In this document: positions 53,144 through 64,000 of the stretch, one piece after another
How the letters are laid out: every line of letters starts with the position of its first letter
Numbering within the stretch: position 1 is the stretch's first letter
The notes under the pieces: generated by a model
Seen by the model: only the letters and a program-made list of their open reading frames with translations
What the model was told of the DNA's origin: nothing
The model's database searches: none
Assembly (NCBI GenBank): GCA_013265495.1
Contig: MU058418.1
Span: 2,627,491-2,691,490, forward strand
Reading direction: 5' to 3'
Length of the DNA stretch: 64,000 bases
DNA from: Vicugna vicugna
Lineage: Eukaryota
Made by a program: the position numbers and the translations under genes

Positions 53144-54619
53144 CTGTAAAGATTGGAAATCAATGTGAAAAATTTAAAGCACTGGATGATAGATGGCAGG
53201 TAGAGACTTACTGCTTCGCTAGTCCCTGAAAACCATAACAGAAGAGTTATGTCCTTCGCTGCTAACTACTCCCCTCCCCAGAGAAATACAAGACTGCTGT
53301 GAAATATTTGGAGGAATTTCAAATACCAGATCATAGGTAACCTCGTGGAGACTAGAAGCAGGTTTGAAGGGAAGTTAAGAACTTCTATAGCCATATGCAC
53401 ACTGGGAGAACAAATCAGGGAGAACAAATCAGGAGCAAGGATACAGGGAGGAGGGGTCACGACAGGCTTTGCAAAAGAACGTTAGTCCTGGAGGAGGAAC
53501 AGAACTGAGACCAAGAAGGGATTTCCAGACATGAAAAACAGTGCTCCCAAACCACAGATGTATATTACCCACAGCGTTCTTACCAGAAGTTGTGAGATAA
53601 CGACCAAAGGAATAGATCTTAGAAGGATTCAAGATTAATCTATTCCTTATCACAGGCAGATACGGTGGGGCCACTATGGCCCAAAAAGGTAACGTGTTAA
53701 CCAAGGTAAACGGCTGATCAGGGGTCAAGTGAGAATAATACATAGTCCCTGCTAGCAAGACAGTACTCTGTGATACACTGTTCTAATGAGCTTCCTCCTG
53801 TAGGGGAGGGCAAGAGCCCCAGCCAGGAAGGAAGCTCTTCCTGAGCTAGCCAAAGCACCTCTCTTAACTCATCCAGCAAAATTAGAGAAGAAAACCAAAG
53901 GGAACATGTATCTAAGCCAAGCAAAAGGAAGCAAGTCTCTAACTTCAAATGCACTTTAAGTAAATATACTTGGTGAGGAATTCTGACTTGTGCTTGAGGC
54001 TGACACAGTGTGCATGGCTGAGGCTGCTGGAACCAAAGAAAACAAGTTTTGTGGCCAACATATTTATCTTACTGCGCAACAGTACTTCCCTCTAATTCCT
54101 CAAAACTCTCATAGCCATCATGATGCACCATAAATCATGCAAAAGCTCTTGCTGTCACATCACAGACAACAGACCACTCCAGATGCAAAGGATGTTTTGA
54201 GGTTCACTGCTTTAGTTCATTGAAAAACATAACAGCAAACAATTTTCTTCTTAAGAAGATATTCTAGACTTGCCCAATCCTATTATTTAACTCATTTTCC
54301 AAAATGTTAATCTGAAAAGAACATATTATATGTAACCAGCATCTCCCTTATTCTGGCTATAGTCTAGGGCTGGCCTGGCAGTTCACCCCAGCACTGACTG
54401 AGAGAGTCTTTTGCTAGAATACAGACATTTCATAGGAAAGCTTAAAAAGTGAAATCCTAGACGTTTTCTTATTCTATTCCCTTGATGAACTAAAAATTTA
54501 CATTTCAAGGCAAGGCAACAAAAATGTAAACACAAAATTTTATGAACAACCCCTTGCCTTGTATGTGCAGACATCTTTGGTGAACTTTATGTATATACAA
54601 TATTAATATATCATTTCCC

Positions 54620-55133
54620 TTTAAGGTAGTGACTGGTGCAGAACAGACTGGGTCAGGTAACCTGGGGAGATACTGGGCCTCACTTAAGGGAAGTTCTTAG
54701 CTTAAATACTTACTTAGAACCTTATTAATGTTACTAGTCATACTACCTGTATTCTGCCTCTCTTATAGGATTATTGTTTCTTGCATTACCAAATGTGTGA
54801 CTGAGCCTCCAATAAAATTAATGATTAGGCGACTTGAAACGATTGACCAAATATATAGTTCTATAAGATCAGTGATTGTAATAGTGTAAATCTAGATATG
54901 GAAACAAGCAACAAGAAGGAACCATTTCCTGGACCATAACAGACTAGGAAGACAGGCAATCCAGAGGATTCTGACTACTGTTAACAGGGTCTAATCCAGT
55001 AATAGCACATTGAGTGGCCTACCAATTAAATCCTCGCCTGACCTGGGGATGAGAATTCCTGGCACCATGGGACAAAGTGGTCACAAAATGCCTCCCAAAC
55101 CTTGGTCAAAATTAAGACCCAAAGGGAGGGGAT
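54620..55133 (+). mobile_element. ERV internal 3' remnant: env transmembrane/cytoplasmic tail-like segment and polypurine tract
   Basis: 54701-54889 reads LKYLLRTLLMLLVILPVFCLSYRIIVSCITKCVTEPPIKLMIRRLETIDQIYSSIRSVIVIV*. PPT aaagggagggga at 55121-55132 sits immediately before the LTR. Confidence 0.7.
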
Positions 55134-55601
55134 TGTAAAATAAAGAATATTTCCCAACATCCAGTTCTACAAGAATCAAGTCAGTAGCCACTGCAGTTGC
55201 TCACCTACAATACAGCCTGAAAGGAATTCAGGGCAAAAATCAGGATGAGGCATTTTGTGCTCTGAGAAAACTGGCAGAACTGGCCCTCAGACAGTCAGAG
55301 ATTTTCAGGAGAAAATTTATGAACACAGGTTCTTGCATCTTCCCATACTTAGAAAAGCTCTAAAGCCATTAACTAAGATATCTGCTCCTCACTATTAATA
55401 GTAACTTTCTACCAAGATGTGTGATTGATTGCACAGTCTCCTTTGTCAAAATCACATATCTACTCGCTTGTCCCCTTACCTCCTTGGATCAGTCCTCAGA
55501 GCTCTCTTAGGGACTGTCTCCCAGGTTATAATCCTAAATTTGGCTCAAATAAAACTTCCCATTTCTTTCTCAGATTGACTGTTGATTAATTTTTGTTGAC
55601 A
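55134..55601 (+). mobile_element. ERV1-class 3' LTR (468 bp; MER41-like family tentative)
   Basis: TG...CA termini (tgtaaaa...gttgaca), AATAAA at 55548-55553, preceded by the PPT. Confidence 0.8.
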
Positions 55602-56214
55602 TCCTCAATCCAGTATCTTTCTATTTGTCTACCCACAACCACTGTTGAAAGGAAAAAATAATAGAAAATGGAACGGAATCTTCTCTCAAGCAATTAGTAC
55701 AGAATACATTTATTAACTGGATCTATCAACATGTTAATTTGTATAATTCATTTCCTACTATTCTCCCACAAATTAATGGAAATTGTTTCTCTGCCTGCCT
55801 GCTTCTTGTTCCCACCCACCCACCCAAAGACACCCAAAGGAAAAGCTGCTAATAAAATTAGTCAAAGCTCAGTGTTCATCAAGCTTGTTTTTCACTAGTA
55901 GGTGAGTTAAAATGCCTTAAAACTTTGTTGGCACTCGGTTCCATGCCCTGTCTCCTGAAAGCAGTTAGTTAAGCCAGGGCAGTTCGGTGGATCCCAAAGA
56001 CATGCCTGGACCTCCTAAGCCTGAGCCATTTGTTCTAGGGCAGCTTCCTGGGGTATTTTTATTAAAACGGTATGATAATTCCTATTTGTTATTGTTCTTT
56101 GTATGCACTCTCCCTAAGAACCTCCCAAAAGTCAGATGAGGAGATGGATCGTCATAGGTTCTTGTTCATAATTGCCTCCAACACAGTTTAAACCTAACTC
56201 CAGCCTCTCCTACC

Positions 56215-56372
56215 GTGTTTCTCAAGGTGGGCCCACAGACATTCCGATGGATGTGGGAGTACTTAAAAATGCAAATTCTTAGTCCCACTCCATAACTATA
56301 AAATCAGATTCTGTGAGGCAGATGCACGTGAACGTGCACTTTAATAAGCTCCCCCTGGTGATTCTTTCACAG
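56215..56372. mobile_element. MER5-like DNA transposon
   Basis: gtgtttctcaaggtggg...ttaaaaatgcaaattctt...ttaataagctccccctggtgattct. Confidence 0.65.
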
Positions 56373-57469
56373 GTGGGCCTATGAATTTCCTGGACACCTT
56401 CTGTAAAGCCCCACTGAAATGTTCAAGCCCATCCTCATCTGTGCCTTAGCAAATTAAGGGAAGAGGCTATGCTGGGCCAGAGCTTTCAACTACAAACAGC
56501 AGTTCCTCCAACCCCACCCCTAACAAAGAGCCAGAGGCAGTCCCTACAATTAGGTCTAGACCCCAAGAGTCAGGTTAGTGTTAAGAGTCAAGATTCAGGG
56601 CTTTGAGGTTCATCTGCTCCTCCTTTATGAACCTGGGGGAGTGCAGTTTTATTCTATTAAAGACGCTTCAAGCACTTCTTCTTCCACAGGTTTTGTCTTG
56701 CACAGATATATCCCTATTGGAAAACTATTATTTTCCATTCAATCTCTCCTATGTCCCCCTTTTCTCTCCTAGTTCAAAACTACACACAGGAGTTTTTCCA
56801 TTTTAACCATTTATTAACCATCTCATTGATAGACATTAACTTTTGAAAACAACTAGGAGTACTCAGTAAAATTCATCTCTTAAAAATTAATTAAATATTG
56901 ATTTTTTTCAAACTTAGTTAAGATTTATGGTCAGGGCCTCAATAAACTCTCTTGCAAGCAAAATCAACTCCTAGCTAAGCTCTAACTCAGGTAATTATGT
57001 TTTTTTCTTTCTATCTAATTCTCCTTGTAATTTTAGCTATATAAAGAGAATTAGCCCTGAACAAAAGAAAACAGACTCCAGGAAAAAAAAAATGTTTTCT
57101 GAAACGCTTTTTAGTTATTTAATTTGAAGGGATCCAATTTGTATTCATTTCATTTTGTATCCCAAAAGCCTAAATAGCATTTCTGCCAATTCATAAGTAA
57201 AATCTGGCAAAGGGAGCTCTTAAAATTTGGGGACTTTTGGCAAGAATCACTTCAATAATCAAACTGTATGTTTGTGTAATACATTATTTTAAAAAAGTAA
57301 AATATCAAGGAAAGAGTTATATTTTTGTTGCTTTTATCCCAATTTGTGTGTGTGTATGTATGTGTGTAATAAATATGATAGATACTATTGTTATAAATTT
57401 GTGAGATCTGACCCTCCAGATCCCTGGATTCTTATGTTATTCTTACAAATAGTTAGATGGGTAGATGAT

Positions 57470-57534
<65 letters not shown>
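57470..57534. repeat. Compound (GATA)n(GACA)n microsatellite
   Basis: Direct read. Confidence 0.96.
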
Positions 57535-58033
57535 TGAATTTAAAACATTTTTTCTTTTTAGAACAACTGTTGCTTAGATTAATTTTGTACTGCGAGCCAT
57601 GCTTCCTGAAGGCATATGGTTTGGGGGTTGCCATAAAAAGCTAGATCTGGAGACTTCCTTTAGAACAGAGCACTGTGTTTATGATTTAACCATTTCTTGT
57701 CAGCAGCACACAGTGTATCACCTACTCCAGAACTCAAGAGATATAATCACAGGCTTTCACATTAGAAACCAATACCTAGTAAAATTGAGCTTGATATTCT
57801 GCCCTTTGTACCCAAATACTATATCCTCTGATGTTTCATTAAAAATGCAGGGGCCCAACCATGTCATCAGGGTTGCCACAATGCACAAGTCCAGGGGTGC
57901 CAGGCCCAGAACAGTCTAATGCCACACTGTCCCATGCTCTGTGCTTCTGTTCCCGAGCTCCCTTGGCCTGGTGGACACCCATCTGTTCTCCCTGTTAGAG
58001 AATACACAGCTCTCTTGCATCCTAGCTGTTTAC

Positions 58034-58035
<2 letters not shown>

Positions 58036-58064
<29 letters not shown>
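58036..58064. repeat. (GT)n microsatellite
   Basis: Direct read. Confidence 0.95.
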
Positions 58065-58689
58065 GAGAGGGTGTATTTAATTCAGGTTTGACATCTCAGT
58101 CAGTGCCCAGCCCAATGTCAGCCACAGAGCAAATGCTCAACAAATACCCACTGAACTGAGGAATGAATAAATCAACATATCAAATGCTGGGCCTTGCTTT
58201 ACAAGCTTAAAGACGGATTTGAAGGAAATTTTTAAAATTTTAAAAAGCAGCATAAGAGGATGGAGGTGGAATTTGCTTAAGTATCTACAGAAGTTTCTTT
58301 TTTCTTGCCCATTATGACTCACTATTGCTAACTGTGAAAATTTTAGGTAATAGTGACTCTAATATTCTGCCAGTTTTGTAGGCTTTCATTGTCAAGATGA
58401 GTTCTAAATGAGGCACAAGCACCCCAAGCAGCCAAAAAGCTCTGCGTTACATAGAGAGGGGAAGGAAGCACTGGTTAGTAGGATTCTGATTAAGAACCAG
58501 TTAGTGTCATCTCTGACAAGCTCCCACCTGCTGGCCTCCTAGTGACCTGGAAATACACAAAAGCATAGGACTGCAGTGGGTAGAATGACCTCTGATGACA
58601 AAACCACCATGAGGTCTGGAACTTTTTCTCATTTCTTTGTCTAGGGGAGCTTCAACAGCCAAATCTCTATTATTATACTCATCAAGCTG

Positions 58690-58820
58690 AACAATAACTG
58701 TATGTCCATTTATCTACCTTCCCAACTAGCCTGTTGGTCACTTGAGGGCAGAGACTGTATCCCCAGGGCCTAGCACAGTTCCTGGCACATAGTAGGATGC
58801 TCAGAAATACTTGGTTAATA
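58690..58820. mobile_element. L2 3' end relic
   Basis: cttgagggcagagactgt...cctagcacagttcctggcacatagtagg. Confidence 0.7.
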
Positions 58821-60517
58821 ACAATTCTGCACTAGTCTCAGCTCAGTACAAGCTCATGGAATTAGGAGGATCTTGGAAATAATTTGATGCAATCTCTTCC
58901 TATTCAAGATCAGAACAGCCAGAACCAGAGAAGCAAAATAAATTGCCCAGGGTCACAACATCAAACTACATCACAGGATGCTTTTTTTTTTTAAAGAATT
59001 TTTTTCTTCTCAGTCCGTAATTCATGGGGAAACGCCAAGAGGGGCTTGAAATGACCCTTTCATGCCTCAAGAGCTTCTTCTAAGTTAAAACGCCTTTTAT
59101 GAGTTATAGAACATGAACCTGAAATACACATAAAATGGATTTTGGAGGCTTTTACATAGTCAGTTTATTTGGGGGGGAGGGGTGAAGCCCACAATTCTCA
59201 AATTCGACTCATAAATTTAACATCTCTCATTTTTCTCTGGGACTTTCAACGGCTTCTTAAAGTCACAGTTAAGAGATCCAGTGTCTCATTCTTCTTGTAA
59301 AACCAAACTATGAAATTAAAATTTCAGTGTTTTAACTCAGTCTGTGTAAGTCCACCAAATTAATTTGCAGCGGCAAAATAAGATGAAATTATGTAAAGCA
59401 CAGGGACCAATTTATCATCCCATTACTCATGATGAATTCAACAAGCTTTTACTTCTACATCTAGATGACAAATATTAAAATCCCTGGTTGTCTAACCACA
59501 TCATATGAGAAATGGGACTTTCTTTTACCCCTAAACTAGCCTTCTAAAAATTTAGAAATATATGCTCTCCCATGGATGAAAAATGAGCTTGGCTGCCAGT
59601 GAGGTTTGGGAGGGGGCGTGGCATGCCAAAAGCCAGTGGGCTGAAGGGAAAGCAAAAGAACCAGGGACCCAGTGCCACACCAGCTCTACTGTGCAGCTTC
59701 CCGGGGCAGGGGGTGGGGGGTGTCTGTGCACGCCTCACAGGCAGTCTGAGTTTCTAATTTACTAGCACCTCTCAGTTCAGGGCGAAGTTTCCCTAAGGCC
59801 TTGATTTCCTCCTCTGTCTCTCTGTCCCCAGGATCAGGCTACTTGAGAATGGAACCTCCTGATTAATGTGTCAAGAGCCATAGATGCTCCTTAATGGACG
59901 GTCTCTGCCTGCTCGGGGCGCTGGGCAGGAGCTGCCACAGTGTGTTAAGTCACTAATGAAGGCCAGTGCTCAGTAATGATTTAAAGTGCCCTGAGAATAG
60001 AGAGCCTTAGGATTCATTAGCTCTCCTCTGACTGCCTGCAAAGTCTCCTCTGCTCTCTGGCCTAACACACCCCTGTCTGCCAAGCTTCTGTGGCAGAAAA
60101 GTGAAAAGGCAGATTTCTCCAAATACACAATGGAATTTGAACCTCCAGATGATGATTTTGGTTTGTGACACACTGGACTGCCTACTCATGGGCACGAATC
60201 TGTCACTTCAAATGGCTTTCTAAAGCAATTTTCTAAAGTAGATCTTGAAAACACATTGGGATGAATCATTAAAACATCTCAGGATGATGATACTCCTGGA
60301 AGGGAGAAGATGCCGAAGCCGAAGCAGATGGAAGGCATCTTTTATCTGCCTCTAAGTGAGTGGATACATTTAAGAAGCAAGGCCTCAGAAACTGTCCCTA
60401 TCAGGTCGCTGTCAGGAGGCCCTGAGAATCTCCACAGCCCCTCATTGCCCCTTCCTTAAAAGGGGCAATTAGCATCTTTTACAGAGTCTCCAAACCCACT
60501 TGCACCAGAAACTCAAC

Positions 60518-60616
60518 CTGAGTGGTGCTGATGTATCTCAGGAACCTCAAGGCTTCTTCATCCAGTGACCGAGCAGGGCCTGCCCAAGGTTGGAGATCTA
60601 TATGCCACCGGGGACC
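60518..60616 (-). CDS. METTL24: METTL24 coding exon 2 (99 bp)
   Basis: My minus-strand translation is [33 protein letters not shown], matching the recalled human METTL24 segment [33 protein letters not shown]. Acceptor ttttctcctcacag| and donor CAG|gttgagt, phase 0/0. Not in the supplied ORF track. Confidence 0.96.
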
Positions 60617-61704
60617 CTGTGAGGAGAAAACACAGGTCACTGCATAAGGGATCAGGCGCTTGGGGTGGGGATAGGAAGGGTGCAGAATATCAGTGAGGCA
60701 AGACTGATAGCCGCCTGCAAAATAAGCATGGCTGTACTCAGGTGGCAGGGAGCTGGTTCTGAGCTGCTGTTGTTAAGGCGACATCAGTCACAGGGAGACA
60801 AATGAGGCCTGAGAATGCCCAGCTACCAGGTGAAGCAGGAGATTGCAAAGGCCAGAGGGGATGTCTGTCTCAAGCTTCTGATCAAAGGCAAACTCCAGCT
60901 GACCCCACTGGGCTCTCTCAACTGTGGCTTTATACTACCCTGTGCCACTCCCCATTGAGAAGCAAACCTCCCCTGTCTCCTACAGTTTCCAGGGCTTAGA
61001 GCTTCAGATATAGAGGCCTCCTAAGGGCAGTTTTGTTTTCATGGCACCATAATGCCTGAATCCTCATGGGGCTTGGGCATCTTTCCCCCACAGACACAGG
61101 GAGAGGGGGGAGGGCATCACCCAGTGTTCAGACCTCAGTGCACCTGGTGTCTGGACCATGCATGTGCCAGTAGACCCTGGAGCTGTCCCCACCAGGGCCA
61201 GCCAAGGGTGGACTTCTAGCACTGTAAGGCAGTCTCCACCTTTCAGCAGAGGACACGAGGGGATCCCAGGAGAAGAGTGAACAGAGATGAGCCCTAAGCC
61301 CCCTTTTGCAGCAAAGGTGGGGTGGATGAAACGCTGGGGGAAGGTAGTGATGATCTAGAAGAAACAAAAATGGGGACCCCCCTCCAGTCAAAAGGAAGCA
61401 CTAGTCATGAAGTCCTTGCTGGAGCTCAAGCTCCCCACCTATAGTTGTCACCACCTGGAAACCTCCCAGAGGCTGACTGTGATCAGAGTGTAGGGTGGAG
61501 AAGGGTGGGGGCTGGGCAAGGAGAAGCCCCAGCAGCTGGCAGGGTGAATGTCTAGCATCAGGAAAGTCTTGGCACAGGGGTTCCTGCAGAGTGGTAGGGA
61601 TTGGCCCCTAAATTCCATTTTATGGTGAGGAAGGGGTCAGGGGAGGGTTCTGAGGAAAAATAAAGGGACTATTCATGTACACACATTGTTCTCTAGTCAG
61701 GTAT

Positions 61705-62063
61705 TGCAATGGTCTGAATGGGTGTCCCCCTTCAAATTCCTACGTTGAAATCCTGATGCCTAATGTGATGACATTATGAGGTGGGGCCTTCGGGAGGTGC
61801 TTAGGTCATGAGGGTGGAGCCTTCATGAATGGGATTAGTGCTCTTTTAAAAGAGACCCCACAGAGTTCCCTAGGCCCTACCATCACGTAAGGACATGGCG
61901 AGAAGGCCACCATCTGCAGCCTGAATGAGGGCCTTCACCAGAACTCAACCTTGTTGGCACTCTGATATTGGACTTCCAGCCTCTAGAACTTTGAGCAATA
62001 AATTTCCTTTGTTTATAAGCCACCCCATCTGTGTTATTTTGTTATCCAGAACAGACTAAGACA
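61705..62063 (+). mobile_element. MaLR solo LTR (MLT1A-like)
   Basis: tgcaatggtctgaatgggtgtcccc...ggacttccagcctctagaact...aataaatttc...gactaagaca. Confidence 0.88.
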
Positions 62064-62484
62064 GGTATCATGCAAGAATTATCTGTCACTCAAAAAGAAA
62101 CATCTAAACAGGCTAGCCCTGAGACACTCTAGTACATATAAGGGTTTTTTGCCCCTAAATGGGATGGCCTAGGTGACTTGGGGTTAAACTGAAAGCAAGT
62201 AGGAATAGGGTAGTCAGTGTGAAGCCAGGTGTGTGGCCTTGGGGAAGAGGAGTAAACTCTGGCGTGAGGGTCTGAGTTAAATGCAGACACTATGTAAGTG
62301 TAAAGCATTATTCCAGGTTCGGCATTATGAGACTCATGTCACTGCACCACGTCCCAAGAGCCCACAGTCTTAGCGGCCAGACAGACCTGCACCACCGTGT
62401 AGTGACTGAGCACCCTGAAGTCCTCTGGACTAAAAGCACCCTCACTGATTTCCCACAGGCTGCTTTTTCCTCTGGAATCCTTAG

Positions 62485-62643
62485 GGCAAGGCCAGTTTCA
62501 TGAGCATGCAACCTGCAGTATTAGAAGGGCCTGTGTTTGGCTTAATGCTCTGCTGACACTGTCCTGAGACTCTTAACAATTTTTGAACAAGAGTCCCTTT
62601 TATTCTGCACTGAGCCCCACAAATTATTTAGTCAGTCTGCCCT
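62485..62643. mobile_element. MER91-like hAT-Tip100 element
   Basis: ttaatgctctgctgacactgtcctgagactcttaacaatttttgaacaag...tgcactgagccccacaaatta, recognised from memory. Confidence 0.55.
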
Positions 62644-63264
62644 GAGGGACATCTTTCCTGGGGAAACAGGCTTTTCTTATAGCTATTCTTGTCCTATGAA
62701 GGTTGAGCCAGCAGAGGCTGTAGTCAGAGAGAACCTGAGAACATTAACTCATATATCTTCCCAGTTAATGGCTTCCACCTCCCCATTTCTTTTCTCCATC
62801 TCTGAATTAGCTGTTGATTACCACTCAGTCAAACAATATTTATCGAGCATCAGCCATCCAGTGCCAGGTACTAGTCAGCGTAGACATGAACAAAACCTGG
62901 ACTCTCCCAAGAGGCACTCGCAGTCTGGTAGGGGAGACAGATACATACGAAATAACATTGATACGGAAATGTTAAAACATTACAGAAAATCGTTCTTTCC
63001 AGGAAATTTTTAACTATGAAGTCATAAATTATACACACATTTAAGGATAAATGCCTCTTAGTTTTGGTTGGTCACATTCTTTTTGAGTCAGTAGAGTGCC
63101 TCCCCCAGTTGCCACTGCTGTCAGCACAGCAACACAATGCTGCACGCGAACTCGTCCGGGCCTGAGGTTTAAAACTCCTCCACATCACTGTCGTGGGAGC
63201 TTTACAAGCACTCCGGCATCTGGCCCAGGAGCCTCTTTCTGAAAATGATAAGGCTCTTCTAAAT

Positions 63265-63485
63265 CAAGGATCTGAAACTTTTTCTATAAGAGGTCAAATA
63301 GCAAATATTTTAGACTTTGCAGGCCTTAAGTTCCGGTTGCAATTCCTCACCCTCTGTTGTAGCTCAAAAGCATCCAGAGACAGTAAGTAAACAAATGGTC
63401 AGGGCCGTGTTCCAATAAAATTCCACTTACCAAAACAGCCGGGAGGCTGGATTTGGCCTGCAAGGCTGTAGCTTGCTGAGCCCTG
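63265..63485. mobile_element. MER58A-like hAT-Charlie element
   Basis: aaactttttctataag...aaatattttagactttgcagg...gtgttccaataaaa...ggatttggcctgc...ccctg. Confidence 0.8.
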
Positions 63486-64000
63486 CTCTATTTGATTCTA
63501 ATTTGGATGTAGACTGGCCTGGAAGAGAGCGTTTACTTAAAATAATGCAAGAGAGACAGATTATGATATCTAGATTACAAACAACTTTGTCATCTAGGTG
63601 ACTTGGGTAAATGTCGGTCAGGTCCCAGCAGGATTCTGTGGGAAGAATTTAGCAGAGAGACTATTTACAAAGGGGAAGGCAGAGTTTAGGAAACCAATAA
63701 GGAGTAATGCAGTACCCATGGCTGGTAGCACCAGGGAGCCCTTACAAACCTAAGTCTGAAGGAGCAAGGAGGGGGAGAAATTTGTGAAACCTAGAGAGGG
63801 AAACTGTGTGGAGAAGGTGTTTAATAGAGGAACACAGCCAATCCTGTCACATCCAGCACTATTATTTACCCACCCTACCTGTCAAACCCAAGGAGAAGCT
63901 GAAGAAGACAGAGGTTGCAATTGATCCACACAGGTCAGCCTCCCAGGGTACAAAGCAGGAGGAGCAGGATGGAAAGTGGATCAGGAGAGGCGAGTGGAAG

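Noticed and set aside
61493..61516. G-quadruplex motif GGG-N7-GGG-T-GGGGG-CT-GGG
   Set aside because: An isolated intronic motif on the template strand with no supporting context.
1..64000. CRISPR arrays, operons, rRNA or other prokaryotic systems
   Set aside because: The window is clearly mammalian (spliced exons, L1, MIR, MaLR) and I saw no regularly spaced repeat-spacer array.

Overview
This is mammalian genomic DNA, AT-rich and repeat-rich. It is probably camelid, judged from a tRNA-Ala-derived SINE family that resembles the camelid Vic-1 type; that assignment is an inference. The window holds three consecutive, splice-compatible, stop-free coding exons of METTL24 on the minus strand: exon 2 at 60518-60616, exon 3 at 53004-53143 and exon 4 at 44260-44488. 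Exon 1 lies beyond the right edge. I could not find the terminal exon 5 by eye in the 44 kb downstream of exon 4. The left end instead holds a CpG-island promoter and an apparently non-coding first exon of an unidentified minus-strand gene. The rest is intronic or intergenic: a nested L1 cluster (19.3-28.1 kb), an ERV remnant with a complete 3' LTR, MaLR LTRs, hAT elements, MIR/L2 relics, SINEs and microsatellites. Almost all ORF-track entries are spurious or repeat-derived. I see no evidence of a new biological system. The best lead is a possible rearrangement or truncation of METTL24, or a nested promoter inside its last intron. Repeat family names and human comparisons are from memory, not from database searches.
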